This document shows, one piece after another, positions 1 through 9,856 of a stretch of DNA of 64,000 nt. The notes under the pieces were generated by a model. It saw nothing but the letters and a program-made list of their open reading frames with translations. It searched no databases and was not told the DNA's origin. Both the position numbers and the translations under genes were made by a program. The DNA lies in the IMG/VR virus record IMGVR_UViG_3300023202_000247, positions 62,001 through 126,000 of that record; one strand, 5' to 3'. How positions within the stretch are numbered: the stretch's first letter is position 1; every line of letters starts with the position of its first letter.

Positions 1-119
1 GAAGTGTGATGACGAAGATATCTTCAAGCGCATGATCACTACGCTTTGGAGTGGAAGCTTCGTTGCTGCTTGCGCTCCCGTTGTTGACGACGGAACTGGT
101 GTTGCAGTTGAGCTGAGAA

Positions 120-314
120 TTGATAGTGGACAAACACACGTCCAGCTTGATCAAAAGCTTGTTTCGTAGCTGGTGGCCTGCGTATGTTACTGGAGGAGGT
201 GTCATTCTGTATGTAAAGATACTTACAGGTGGCACCTTCTTCGTAACATTAGCAATGCTTGCAGCATTTACATTACTAATAATAGCAGTAGCAATATATG
301 ACATACGCAAGTAA
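120..314 (+). CDS. small membrane protein
   Basis: 64-aa ORF with two hydrophobic segments, overlaps helicase start. Confidence 0.5.
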   Translation: MIVDKHTSSLIKSLFRSWWPAYVTGGGVILYVKILTGGTFFVTLAMLAAFTLLIIAVAIYDIRK

Positions 315-1827
315 GCTGCCCATGCAGGGTAAGTTCAAGCGCAAGAGAAAGCCCAAGCCATTCAAGAAAGCAGAGCGTGACAATTTAACTTGGAGTGATC
401 ATCAAGAGGCAATCTTCGATGAGGTTGTTGATGGTGACGAACACATCGTGGTTCTGGCCGGTCCCGGAGCTGGCAAAACCGCAACCATCGTGGAGGCACA
501 ACATCGCTTGCCCGCACACATGCGTGACAGTATGCTTTTCACCGCCTTCAACGCCTCCGTTGCTGCAAAGTTGGGCAAGAAAATTCCTGCTGATTGTAAA
601 ACTCATCATGCGGTGGGGTTTGCGTGTGTCAAAAGACACTGGGGTTCGACGTATAACATCGGAGGTTACGGTACCGTTGATGCTTACAACGATGCATTGA
701 AGCAGCTTGCGGCCAAACATGTGGGCGAAAAGAATCCAAAGCTGATTGAGAATCTAATCAGGGCTTTGGATCTTTGCAAGGTTCAGTTGGCTGAAGACTT
801 TGACGAGATTGACGATGTAATCATTCGTCATGGCATCCCACTCTGCGATATGAACTCCAAGTCTTTTGCAGAGGTTGTGCTTTCTATGATGGAACGCACT
901 CGAGAAAGTCCTCTCACTCGCAAGGGTAAGAACGTAATCAGCTTCACGGATATGATTTGGCTTCCGTATGTACACGGATGGCAACCAAAGAAGTATGACT
1001 ACGTGTTCGTGGACGAGGCTCAAGACTTGTCCGAGTGTCGTACCAACTTGCTCATGAAGTCTCTCAATCATGGTGGACGTATGCTTGCAGCGGGAGACAT
1101 ACATCAAGCAATATACAGCTTTGCCGGAGCATCAGTAGATTCGCTCAACGGTTTGATTCGGACTCTCGAGGCACGTTCCTTGCCATTGTCCATCTCGTAT
1201 CGTTGCGCTGTCAATATCGTTGAGCATGCAAAGCGCATCAATCCTACAATTGAGGCAGCGCCAGGTGCAATTGATGGTATCGTTGAAACATTCGAAGGTG
1301 AAGACATTCTAGATAAAGTAAAGTCTGGTGATGCCATTCTTTCGCGTAGCAACTACCCTCTAGTTCGTCTGTGCTTTCAGTTGATTCGCAAGGGTTTCAA
1401 AGCGAATATTCAAGGCCGAGACATCGGCAATCGTTTGCTTTGGCGTATCGAATGTTGGGAACCGTCCAATGTGAATGAATTGTTTCGTATCATTCAAAAT
1501 TGGCGGGATGGAATGGTTGATTACCTGGAATCCTTGAACATTGATACGTCGGGTGTATTCGATGAAGCTAATTGTATCGAGGAATTCGCAAGTAACTGTG
1601 ATACGTTGACAGAGGTGCGTGAGCGCATCAAAGAGTTTTTCAGTGATGATGATGCTCAAGTCAAACTCAGCAGCGTGCACAAGGCCAAGGGTTTGGAATG
1701 GGATAGCGTCATCATGTTGGGAAAGACTTTCAAACCCGACCGTGGGCTCGAAGAGTTAAACATCGAGTATGTGGCAATCACACGTGCCAAGCGTGAGTTG
1801 AAAATTGCAGAAGGGAAGCTACCGTGA
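298..1827 (+). CDS. UvrD/Rep-like superfamily 1 helicase
   Basis: Walker A AGPGAGKT, VDEAQD, GDxxQAIYxFAGA, SYRC, SVHKAKGLEWD, YVAITRAK. Confidence 0.93.
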   Translation: MTYASKLPMQGKFKRKRKPKPFKKAERDNLTWSDHQEAIFDEVVDGDEHIVVLAGPGAGKTATIVEAQHRLPAHMRDSMLFTAFNASVAAKLGKKIPADCKTHHAVGFACVKRHWGSTYNIGGYGTVDAYNDALKQLAAKHVGEKNPKLIENLIRALDLCKVQLAEDFDEIDDVIIRHGIPLCDMNSKSFAEVVLSMMERTRESPLTRKGKNVISFTDMIWLPYVHGWQPKKYDYVFVDEAQDLSECRTNLLMKSLNHGGRMLAAGDIHQAIYSFAGASVDSLNGLIRTLEARSLPLSISYRCAVNIVEHAKRINPTIEAAPGAIDGIVETFEGEDILDKVKSGDAILSRSNYPLVRLCFQLIRKGFKANIQGRDIGNRLLWRIECWEPSNVNELFRIIQNWRDGMVDYLESLNIDTSGVFDEANCIEEFASNCDTLTEVRERIKEFFSDDDAQVKLSSVHKAKGLEWDSVIMLGKTFKPDRGLEELNIEYVAITRAKRELKIAEGKLP

Positions 1828-1864
1828 AAGATTTTGAAAAAATTATGTTGTTCATTGGAATAGC

Positions 1865-2518
1865 ATGTGTGCTTATGGTACTTGGACTCTTGTTCTTTTT
1901 GCCAACCGATATGTGGACGGGTGCAAGGGGAATAGGAGCGTCGCTCACATTCATTATAAGCATTCCGCTTGTGATGGTTTCACTCGGCAGGAATTTTTTG
2001 TGAAAAAATTCTATCGTAAGTGTCATGATTATTCATTGATGATCATCGACATGCAGCGAGATTTTCTAACATACTGTGGAAGCTCGTTACCCTCAGTTTC
2101 TTCGATGGTTCCTCCAATTCGAAGACTTATTCGCTCTGCAAAGCGCCGAAACAATTTTGTCGTTACCGTAGAGATTCCCGGTGAGGGACCGACCATTGAA
2201 AAGATAAGAGAGCTGACGATAGGTTATGGGCGACACATTCGCACGATAAAAATGAATCAGTCTGTTAGTTATCAGCCTATTCGCTTGCTGAAAAAAGCTG
2301 GCGGAAACTTTGAAAATATCGTTCTTTGCGGAGTCAATACTGACATGTGTGTTATCGACTCTGCATTTACTTTGGCAGGCTTTGGTTGCAAGGTATTAAT
2401 TCCGAGATCAGCAACCGGAATGCATTTACATGCAACTGCTAAGTATTCGGTACGTATGCGGGATAGATTTTTAAGGCATGAATTCAGTCATCCTAATATA
2501 GAGGTTATATGGGACTAA
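1865..2518 (+). CDS. isochorismatase-family cysteine hydrolase (true start probably further downstream)
   Basis: LMIIDMQRDF and LCGVNTDMCVIDSA motifs. Confidence 0.8.
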   Translation: MCAYGTWTLVLFANRYVDGCKGNRSVAHIHYKHSACDGFTRQEFFVKKFYRKCHDYSLMIIDMQRDFLTYCGSSLPSVSSMVPPIRRLIRSAKRRNNFVVTVEIPGEGPTIEKIRELTIGYGRHIRTIKMNQSVSYQPIRLLKKAGGNFENIVLCGVNTDMCVIDSAFTLAGFGCKVLIPRSATGMHLHATAKYSVRMRDRFLRHEFSHPNIEVIWD

Positions 2519-3015
2519 AAACTTGCAAAGCTTGTACCAAACCGGCTACTCGCGGTGTCTATTGTGACTTTCATAGAAAACAAGCAAATGATGCACGTGA
2601 TGAATTGGCTAAGAGACGCAAAGAGGCTGGTCTTTGTGTAAAGTGTGGTAAGGAGACTGATGAGAATAGCTTTGCTTATTGTACTAAACACATGCTGGCC
2701 AATCAGAAAAGACGGCGACTCAGTGATGTAAAGCTGAGTGGTGGTATTCGTACCATTCTTAATAAGGATAGGGTTGACAAAGAGGATTTGATCCTTATAA
2801 AGAAGAAACTGTCTGATGTTCTAACCGCTTCAGACTTTCAGTCTCGAATCGACGATACTGAACGAAAGGTACTGAACCTTCGTATCCTATCGGATAAGTC
2901 ACTCCGAAAAGCTGGGAATGAACTTGGCTTGACCTATGAATGGGTTCGCCAAATTGAGACCAAGGTAGCTAATAAGGTCAAAGATTACATAGATAAGAAA
3001 GAGGTAGAGCTATGA
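2509..3015 (+). CDS. Zn-finger plus sigma70 region-4-like HTH protein
   Basis: CxxC clusters; C-terminal ERKVLNLR..SLRKAGNELGLTYEWVRQIETK. Confidence 0.7.
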   Translation: MGLKTCKACTKPATRGVYCDFHRKQANDARDELAKRRKEAGLCVKCGKETDENSFAYCTKHMLANQKRRRLSDVKLSGGIRTILNKDRVDKEDLILIKKKLSDVLTASDFQSRIDDTERKVLNLRILSDKSLRKAGNELGLTYEWVRQIETKVANKVKDYIDKKEVEL

Positions 3016-3245
3016 GTAGTGATCTAAAAGATGATGTCAGAGATGAACTAGAGAACTGTATCAGGACTCCAGATGTTGAGGGTTTGATCGATTCCCTTGA
3101 CAATCTAAAGGGGAGTTATGCTGTCCAATACATTCTCAGTGTAATGGAAGAGAATGACTTCGACATTTCTCTAGTACTGGATCTCTTGAAAAATACACGA
3201 GATTCTGATGATGAAGAGGATGAAGGTGGGGAAAATAAAGAATAA
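3012..3245 (+). CDS. hypothetical acidic protein
   Basis: ATGA-coupled ORF with RBS. Confidence 0.6.
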   Translation: MSSDLKDDVRDELENCIRTPDVEGLIDSLDNLKGSYAVQYILSVMEENDFDISLVLDLLKNTRDSDDEEDEGGENKE

Positions 3246-3248
3246 GGG

Positions 3249-3361
3249 TTGACAAACCATTTGAACTGATTAAATTGTGAATCATGAAGGACGATGGGTT
3301 GGTATCAAAATCAATCATCTTCCAAAAAAAACCTTGACAAACCAAAACAACGACTTAAACT
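3249..3361 (+). promoter_or_regulatory. tandem sigma70-like promoters
   Basis: TTGACA 3249-3254 N16 TAAATT 3271-3276; TTGACA 3334-3339 N16 TAAACT 3356-3361. Confidence 0.65.
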
Positions 3362-3415
3362 ACAAGGCATCTAACGACAACAACCAGTTGTCTAACAAAA
3401 GGGAATAAGAAGATC

Positions 3416-3736
3416 ATGTCAAAGCCCAAGAGTTTGAAGCAGTACGAGCGTCGTTTCCGTCAGTTTTCCTCGCAGGACCGTGCATATTGCACGTCGTCGG
3501 AGATGAGGGAGGCCATCGGTGAAGTGCTCGCGAAGGAGTGCGCCGACGGTGGCAGTACCACGTCCGAGGCGGTGGCGAAGCAGCTGTGGCGCAGTAAGCG
3601 CTTCCGTCAGTCGAAGGAGCAGATGTTGCTGCTCCAGGTGCGCGAAGCCATCAAGAACTGTGAGGTTCCCGGCTTCGTTCCCGTCCGCCGCGTCGGTGTG
3701 GTCTCGCTCGAGACCGCCGAGGCGATGTCCGACTGA
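3416..3736 (+). CDS. hypothetical protein with GC-rich codon usage
   Basis: own promoter and terminator; GC clearly above flanks. Confidence 0.75.
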   Translation: MSKPKSLKQYERRFRQFSSQDRAYCTSSEMREAIGEVLAKECADGGSTTSEAVAKQLWRSKRFRQSKEQMLLLQVREAIKNCEVPGFVPVRRVGVVSLETAEAMSD

Positions 3737-3760
3737 GCCCCAACGCTCGTAGCCAAACGC

Positions 3761-3800
3761 GCCCCGCATTGCATCACGCAATGCGGGGCGCTGGCTATTT
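3761..3800 (+). terminator. GC-rich hairpin, probable terminator
   Basis: gccccgcattgc-atcac-gcaatgcggggc. Confidence 0.55.
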
Positions 3801-3983
3801 GGGGCATGTGTGCTATGTTGCGGCATGAGTGACATCATGTTGACTGACGAGCAAAAAGAAACTATTCTCAATTATATATTCTCGCCATGTGAGAATGTTG
3901 TCGCGACGAAAGCAATATTCATTCGATAACTTTCTCATCGAGCTGAAGCGTAAAAACGATTTTTTGAAAGAAAAGCTGAAGCA

Positions 3984-4208
3984 ATGAATAAGAGATGTGA
4001 AAATGAATCCGAGTTGCGCCGTCGGCTGTGGAAACTAATCCTGTCGTGGCGTAAGAATGAGGATGTATTGCGAGAGTCCGCGGGTCACACCCGGGCCGAT
4101 GGCACGACCGTGCTGGAAAAGATAGTACGGGTACGCAGTCATGCCAAGGCGGACATGATCAGCAAGTGTGCAGACCAAATCGAAGAGTTATTAGAAGGTG
4201 ACCGATGA
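3984..4208 (+). CDS. hypothetical protein
   Basis: ORF track. Confidence 0.55.
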   Translation: MNKRCENESELRRRLWKLILSWRKNEDVLRESAGHTRADGTTVLEKIVRVRSHAKADMISKCADQIEELLEGDR

Positions 4209-4232
4209 ACAGGTTATCGATGAACAGGTAAA

Positions 4233-4667
4233 ATGAAATGTAATAAAGCAGATCATCGTATGTTTCAGAATAATGACACTTGTTATAAATGTAAGCAGTT
4301 GGAAGAAAACAAGGTCATTTATTCTATTTATACATATAACTATGATCCTAAAACGGATATTAAAAAGCTTGAGATCAGCAATGGCTTTTTCTTTGATGAG
4401 GCTAAAGCTGTTGAGTTAATAGAAACGGCTGGTGAAATTGACTTGTTCGAGTATCACACCAACTATGCCGTTATCATCAGAGAATATGAGGGCGACTATA
4501 GTAAGTTAATGAGCGATGTGGTTGGCGTGTGGGCCGCTCATCAAAACTATAGTGATGACGAGGTTGTTAGTGACCATCCTTTTCTCGGTCCAGGTCCGTT
4601 CAAGGCTATGAGGCTGGATGAAAAAGAGTGGCCACAGTTTTTCAAGAATTTGATTTGGTGCAATTGA
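4233..4667 (+). CDS. hypothetical protein
   Basis: ORF track. Confidence 0.65.
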   Translation: MKCNKADHRMFQNNDTCYKCKQLEENKVIYSIYTYNYDPKTDIKKLEISNGFFFDEAKAVELIETAGEIDLFEYHTNYAVIIREYEGDYSKLMSDVVGVWAAHQNYSDDEVVSDHPFLGPGPFKAMRLDEKEWPQFFKNLIWCN

Positions 4668-5098
4668 GAATGTTGAGAGATTATCACAGCTTTGATATGT
4701 TGGTACAGTGGCTACCATTTATCGTAGGACCAATTGTAGAGTTGTTCTTTCCAAAGTACCACACTCACATTTGGACGTTTATATTCGGATGGGTTGCTGT
4801 ATATGGTGTTCGTAACTTTGTTATGAAGCCTGTTTGGAGATGGCTTAATAACAAAACCGGAGTACCACCCCATCTAACCGTTTCATATCCCAAAAAGCTA
4901 CCGGTTGGAAACATGGCTACTTGTGCTACCTGGGAAGGCAAGGACGGCGGCATTGATGAAAATGATAAGATGCTTTACGTTTCATATCATGCACGCATTT
5001 TTACATCGAACTTGACCAGTAAATCAACCGTAGGTTTGGTTATGAAGTGGCTTGATGCATTGGAAAATGGTTGCGCCAAACTATCTGAGAAGCGATGA
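4628..5098 (+). CDS. hypothetical membrane protein
   Basis: two hydrophobic helices; coupled to next gene. Confidence 0.6.
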   Translation: MATVFQEFDLVQLRMLRDYHSFDMLVQWLPFIVGPIVELFFPKYHTHIWTFIFGWVAVYGVRNFVMKPVWRWLNNKTGVPPHLTVSYPKKLPVGNMATCATWEGKDGGIDENDKMLYVSYHARIFTSNLTSKSTVGLVMKWLDALENGCAKLSEKR

Positions 5099-5910
5099 GA
5101 CCAGTAATTTTACCACGCAAAGACCTTGATTGGGAAGACGAAGCAGAAGCTGCGGCAAAGTATTTCAACATACTTTATTACCGTCCACAAGTAATCCAAG
5201 ATAACTTGGTTATTGCTCGTTTCTCAGCTGTACCATTCTACAGAGAACAAGCTCTCGAGTATGAATATGTAGGTGCGCGTATGATTAACTCGTACGCTGA
5301 GCATCTATACATTGCAGACTTGCGCGAGTGGTATGCAGACTTGATGGAGTTTACTCCGAAGACGTGGACACAGCTTCATACGATTCCCGATGAAGGACCA
5401 TTCGTTCTCAAAGGGATCACGAATAGCAAAAAGTTTCTGTGGAAGACTCATATGTTTGCGCAGAATAAACAGGAAGCTATTCAGGTTCATTCACGTTTGA
5501 CGCAAGATTCGATGATTGCGTATCAAGATATCGTCATACGTGAGTATGTGCCTTTACATACATACATGACTGGATTGCAAGGCATGCCGGTCACCAAAGA
5601 GTTTCGGTTTTTCTTTTACAAGGGAAACCTTTTGAGCGGCGGATACTATTGGTCCAGTCACATGTACGACTTGGAGGATGCTGGTATCAAGCCTGACATT
5701 GTTGAGGTTCCACTTCCTTGGTTGATGGAGATTGCGCGCATAGTTGCAAAAAAAGCGACGTTCTTCGTGTTGGACGTTGCGCAAACCGAAAGTGGTGAAT
5801 GGATTTTGATCGAGGTTAATGACGGACAGCAATCCGGTTTGTCCGAGAATGACCCCGATGTTTTGTATAGAAATCTGAAAAAGTTCTTGCAGGAAGACGG
5901 ACACGTATGA
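5095..5910 (+). CDS. ATP-grasp domain protein (R2K-like)
   Basis: FVLKG, IREYVP, EFRFF, FVLDVA, WILIEVNDGQQSG motifs. Confidence 0.85.
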   Translation: MRPVILPRKDLDWEDEAEAAAKYFNILYYRPQVIQDNLVIARFSAVPFYREQALEYEYVGARMINSYAEHLYIADLREWYADLMEFTPKTWTQLHTIPDEGPFVLKGITNSKKFLWKTHMFAQNKQEAIQVHSRLTQDSMIAYQDIVIREYVPLHTYMTGLQGMPVTKEFRFFFYKGNLLSGGYYWSSHMYDLEDAGIKPDIVEVPLPWLMEIARIVAKKATFFVLDVAQTESGEWILIEVNDGQQSGLSENDPDVLYRNLKKFLQEDGHV

Positions 5911-6443
5911 TAACCTTGAAAAGCCCACCAAAGTTTCGAGACATTCCACCATTCATTCCATTCACTGGTTACACCGTAGATGTTACTTGGCAACATTTGC
6001 AAGAGTGGCTTGATGATGAAGAGAATAAGAATCTTGAACCTGACTTTCAAAGGGGACACGTTTGGACCGATGAAAAGCGTCAAGCGTATATTGAATTCTG
6101 TCTTCGTGGGGGAAATTCTGCAAACGATATCTATTGGAATTGTGAGAACTATGGTCGAGGAGGACAAGGAGAGCTAGTCCTAGTAGACGGAAAGCAACGT
6201 CTAACATCTGTTCTCATGTTTCTACAAGATAAAATAGCTGTTTTTGGTAAGCATCGTTACAGTGACTTTGTCGATCGTTTGGGCACTGGTACTAGACTAC
6301 ATATCAATATCAACAGCTTGAAGACACGAGCAGAAATTCTTCAGTGGTATCTTGATCTCAACACTGGTGGAGTTGTTCATACCAATGAAGAGATTGAAAA
6401 AGTTCGTCGCATGTTGAAAAAGGAGTTGAGTTCCAATGCATAA
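5907..6443 (+). CDS. DUF262 / ParB-like domain protein
   Basis: PDFQRGHVW, VDGKQRLTS, LNTGG motifs. Confidence 0.88.
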   Translation: MITLKSPPKFRDIPPFIPFTGYTVDVTWQHLQEWLDDEENKNLEPDFQRGHVWTDEKRQAYIEFCLRGGNSANDIYWNCENYGRGGQGELVLVDGKQRLTSVLMFLQDKIAVFGKHRYSDFVDRLGTGTRLHININSLKTRAEILQWYLDLNTGGVVHTNEEIEKVRRMLKKELSSNA

Positions 6444-6708
6444 AGAAGTAATCAAGTTTGAAAAAGAATGTAAGCGTTTCACTGATGCCGAGAAGACTGT
6501 TGATAATGCTGGCTACAGAGAAAATATCTTTGAATTCTATGTGTACGGTAAGCTTTTGATTTGCAAAGATAAAGAGTTGAATGTGCACCTAGCTAACTTC
6601 AAAAAGGTATTGGGCGATCATGATTTTGACACTCATATGATGACGCAAATCATGAAAAAGCTTGATAAAAATGAAGCTGAGTTTTTCAAATCATTGGCTA
6701 GCAAATGA
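6436..6708 (+). CDS. hypothetical protein
   Basis: overlap-coupled ORF. Confidence 0.6.
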   Translation: MHKEVIKFEKECKRFTDAEKTVDNAGYRENIFEFYVYGKLLICKDKELNVHLANFKKVLGDHDFDTHMMTQIMKKLDKNEAEFFKSLASK

Positions 6709-7304
6709 AAATCAAACTCGTTGCAGCAACCAATGGTTATGTTGAAGATGCACAGCAATCTATCATGCTGTGGTATAACAACTATGAAGAATGTGATCTT
6801 GCAGGATCGCTAATCAGTCTGGCATCTCAGCTTGCAGACCTGTATCGCTCGGAGGTTCTGAGAGATACGCATTATGAACCAGGGCTTCCGCCATTCGGAG
6901 AGCGGCCCACAACCGCGAATAGATATTATCCCGGCGGTGATAGACTCTTGTTCGAACCATTTGATCCCAGCGAGTTTGCCGAATACATTCGCAAGCTCCC
7001 ATCACAAACCGTTAATGCGATGGTTATGGAAGACTATGGTTATTGGGATTTTGTTAGCTTTTATAGAGCCCGCAGAATTCCAATGTCCGAAACGCTACTG
7101 GTTACAGAGAACTTCGAGCGTATCATTGCTGCATCGGTTCCCGTCGATGACTCGTTTCTTCCTGAAGAACGAGAGTGTATGCTTCGGTTTGTTAAAGATA
7201 ATCAATATCAAATTGCATGTAATGAGAGTTGGAATCTAGCATCCATTTGTTACGATGAAAAACATATTCCAGTCAACACTCCAGAAAGACTCGGCTTCAA
7301 ATGA
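6705..7304 (+). CDS. hypothetical protein
   Basis: ATGA-coupled ORF. Confidence 0.65.
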   Translation: MKIKLVAATNGYVEDAQQSIMLWYNNYEECDLAGSLISLASQLADLYRSEVLRDTHYEPGLPPFGERPTTANRYYPGGDRLLFEPFDPSEFAEYIRKLPSQTVNAMVMEDYGYWDFVSFYRARRIPMSETLLVTENFERIIAASVPVDDSFLPEERECMLRFVKDNQYQIACNESWNLASICYDEKHIPVNTPERLGFK

Positions 7305-7525
7305 AAAATGAAAAGATTAAACTCGGGCTGATCAAGCTGTTTCAGAAAGTTCTTGACAACAAGACTGATGATGTGCTACCATTGTTGAATAGTGTTGCAT
7401 CCGTAAAAGATGTATTGGACTGGTCAGCTCGCACAGTTGGTTACAAAGATGTTGACGAGTATGTAAAAGAACATGGCAAAGATGGTCTGGTTGCGATGTT
7501 GGAGTACAAACTAAAGGGTGAGTGA
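7301..7525 (+). CDS. hypothetical protein
   Basis: ATGA-coupled ORF directly upstream of cas12f-like gene. Confidence 0.6.
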   Translation: MKNEKIKLGLIKLFQKVLDNKTDDVLPLLNSVASVKDVLDWSARTVGYKDVDEYVKEHGKDGLVAMLEYKLKGE

Positions 7526-9003
7526 TGTCTGAAAAGCCTGAACCCATTGAAACCAAAGAAGAGAAAAGGAAGAAGAGTCGCAAGCGTCAAAAGAAAGTTA
7601 CCGACACTTCGCGCAAGAAGGCTAAGATTAAAAACATTGCCAGAGTAATAAAGATTGAACTGGCAAAGCCAATCGATAGTGTATTTCACTCCAAATCTAC
7701 TCCTGTCAGTTGGGACGAGGTTGGTCCCGAACTACGTCGACAGCGGAGCATCATGCACCGGCTTCTTAATTCAGCTGTAACCGAATGTGAATTGGCTCAG
7801 CGCGGTAACATCGATAAGCCCATTCAAACTGTTGTGTATCATGCTGTTAAAAAAGAGTTTAACAGTTTTGTAGAGTGGACGAGCAATCATAAGAATAAAG
7901 AAATTCGCGACAGGTATGAAGGCTTCGCATTGCCTGGCGGAACGTTTGCTGCTGTTAGTGGAATTGCTTATAAGCAATGGTCTACATGGAAGAAGGATAA
8001 GACTGGCAGTTCCAGTCTCCCGTCCTTTCGCAAGGGTGCGCCCATCTTCATTCGCAAACAAGAATGCGAGCTTGCCAAGGATGATGATATTGGAATTTAT
8101 CTAAAGCTGAAGTTGTTTCCCAACGGTGCAATTCGTTTTGCAATTCGTCCCAGCCGTGGAGATCATTTCAAAACGATTCGTGAAATCGTCGAATCTGATG
8201 GTTCTTGCTGGCAAGGTGATTGTAAAATCATCTTTGATGAAAACGCAAGGCGAAAGAATGGTGGAAAGGGTAAGTGGTTTGCGTTTCTAACCTACTACAC
8301 TCGCGCTCCTAGTCCCGCGGATGCTGATATGAAAAAGGCTTTGGTGCTCAATCGTGGACACCATTGTTTTCTGTACGCAATGACAACAACTGGTAAGTCA
8401 CACATTATCATGCGCGGCAGTGATGTGCGAGCTTACCGTAAACGTGTCAGTAAGCTTCGAGGTGAGTTTAAGGGTAATTTCTATGAAGCGGGAAGCGGTT
8501 CCCGTGGTCATGGAAAGATGCGTAAGTATCGAGAGTATGCAAAGTTTGGTAACAAAGAATCTAATTTCTTGAAGACCAAAAGTCAACAAGCATGGGCTCG
8601 AGTGGAAGAGATTATGAAGCGGGAAGGCTGTGGCACTGTGATTGTTGAAGATTACAGCGGTGCAGAGACTCGGTTTTTGCAGTGGCCATTGTTCGAATTC
8701 AAAAACCACGGTAAAAATATGTGTGAACGTAATGGTTTCAACATGCAAGAAACCAAAAGGGTCAGTGCTATTGCATGTCCACGCTGTGGTAGTGACGACC
8801 ATAAGAAATATATGAATCGAAATCTCATTTTTCATTGCAATGAATGTGGTTTCGAACGCCCATATGATTTCGTATCCACTTTCAACATGGGGTTGGCCGC
8901 CGGTGCTGACATGGGTTGCTTCCGATTTACCCCGGCAGAAACTAGAACTGATAGAGAAGAAAAAGCAAAGCTCGAAGCTGAAGCCGCGGAGCTAAAGAAA
9001 TGA
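7522..9003 (+). CDS. cas12f: Cas12f1/TnpB-family RNA-guided protein, predicted nuclease-dead (RuvC-I D to N)
   Basis: Colinear with AsCas12f1 as recalled: IELAKP..WDEVGPELR, SLPSFRK, KWFAFLTY, KALVLNRG (vs IMGIDLG), GSRGHGK, EGCGTVIVED, RFLQW, CPRCG..FHCNECGF..D. Confidence 0.85.
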   Translation: MMSEKPEPIETKEEKRKKSRKRQKKVTDTSRKKAKIKNIARVIKIELAKPIDSVFHSKSTPVSWDEVGPELRRQRSIMHRLLNSAVTECELAQRGNIDKPIQTVVYHAVKKEFNSFVEWTSNHKNKEIRDRYEGFALPGGTFAAVSGIAYKQWSTWKKDKTGSSSLPSFRKGAPIFIRKQECELAKDDDIGIYLKLKLFPNGAIRFAIRPSRGDHFKTIREIVESDGSCWQGDCKIIFDENARRKNGGKGKWFAFLTYYTRAPSPADADMKKALVLNRGHHCFLYAMTTTGKSHIIMRGSDVRAYRKRVSKLRGEFKGNFYEAGSGSRGHGKMRKYREYAKFGNKESNFLKTKSQQAWARVEEIMKREGCGTVIVEDYSGAETRFLQWPLFEFKNHGKNMCERNGFNMQETKRVSAIACPRCGSDDHKKYMNRNLIFHCNECGFERPYDFVSTFNMGLAAGADMGCFRFTPAETRTDREEKAKLEAEAAELKK

Positions 9004-9557
9004 ATTGCAATCATACTTTTAAGGTAAGTAGCTATACTACAAAGCATATTACTTATCGTTGTAGTAAATGTAATGAGCGGGCTGAGCGTTCCTCTTCCAA
9101 GGAAGAGGAAAAGTACATTAGCGAAAAACAAAATAGGAGACTTAATCCTCCCAAACATTATGTTTGGCACAAGTTTGCCAAAGCGTTTCAAAATGATGAT
9201 ATGTCTTGGAAAAAAGAAAATCTCAACAAGATGCATGTTATCAGTAAATGGGCAGAAAAATATCCAGAACACATCCGAATCATTCGCTGTGATGATTCCG
9301 TAAATTCAAGTTCAGTGATCATATTCATTGAGCACAAGTCTGAGCGTTCATATATGGGTACAACGATGTTGTGCGTGCCTCAGTGTAGTCCTGATCCACC
9401 AATTAGTATGTTTCTTTACCCCAACCATGTGGAGAATATGATTGCTGCGCTTCAAGAAATTGAAGTTCAAACTAGAACGATCAAAGAGATTGAAAATGCT
9501 GATTCTATAAAGGACAGCAAAGAAGTTAATGAAATGTTGTCGTATGAAAAATCTTGA
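9000..9557 (+). CDS. hypothetical protein with N-terminal Zn-ribbon
   Basis: CxH..CSKC; ATGA-coupled to cas12f-like gene. Confidence 0.65.
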   Translation: MNCNHTFKVSSYTTKHITYRCSKCNERAERSSSKEEEKYISEKQNRRLNPPKHYVWHKFAKAFQNDDMSWKKENLNKMHVISKWAEKYPEHIRIIRCDDSVNSSSVIIFIEHKSERSYMGTTMLCVPQCSPDPPISMFLYPNHVENMIAALQEIEVQTRTIKEIENADSIKDSKEVNEMLSYEKS

Positions 9558-9825
9558 GAAACTTGAAATGTTTTATGATAGGATTAAGAAATATGATTCA
9601 AAGTCTGAATACAACTTTTCAGAAATTGTTTCAACAGCTCAGTCTTTATTAGGCATTACAGATCAAGAATTGGCTGATACGTTTAGTGTAAGTCGGTCCA
9701 CTGTATATCGCTGGGCAACCTGTAGCAGTATGCCGTGCCTAGCTGTTAGAGATTCTTTCTTAAAGTGGTTATCAATGAATATTCAACACAGGCTGAACAG
9801 CCGGTCAACTGAAAAAAGTCCTTGA
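9544..9825 (+). CDS. XRE-family helix-turn-helix protein
   Basis: LGITDQELADTFSVSRSTVYRW. Confidence 0.8.
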   Translation: MKNLEKLEMFYDRIKKYDSKSEYNFSEIVSTAQSLLGITDQELADTFSVSRSTVYRWATCSSMPCLAVRDSFLKWLSMNIQHRLNSRSTEKSP

Positions 9826-9850
9826 CATTCAACTGCTTCTGAGTTAGATT
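9822..9850 (+). promoter_or_regulatory. sigma70-like promoter for the structured RNA
   Basis: TTGACA 9822-9827, 17-nt spacer, TAGATT 9845-9850. Confidence 0.7.
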
Positions 9851-9856
9851 GGCTTT

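Noticed and set aside
7522-9003. Active IS200/IS605 or IS607 transposon
   Set aside because: No TnpA or serine recombinase; gene is translationally coupled to both neighbours; RuvC-I Asp absent.
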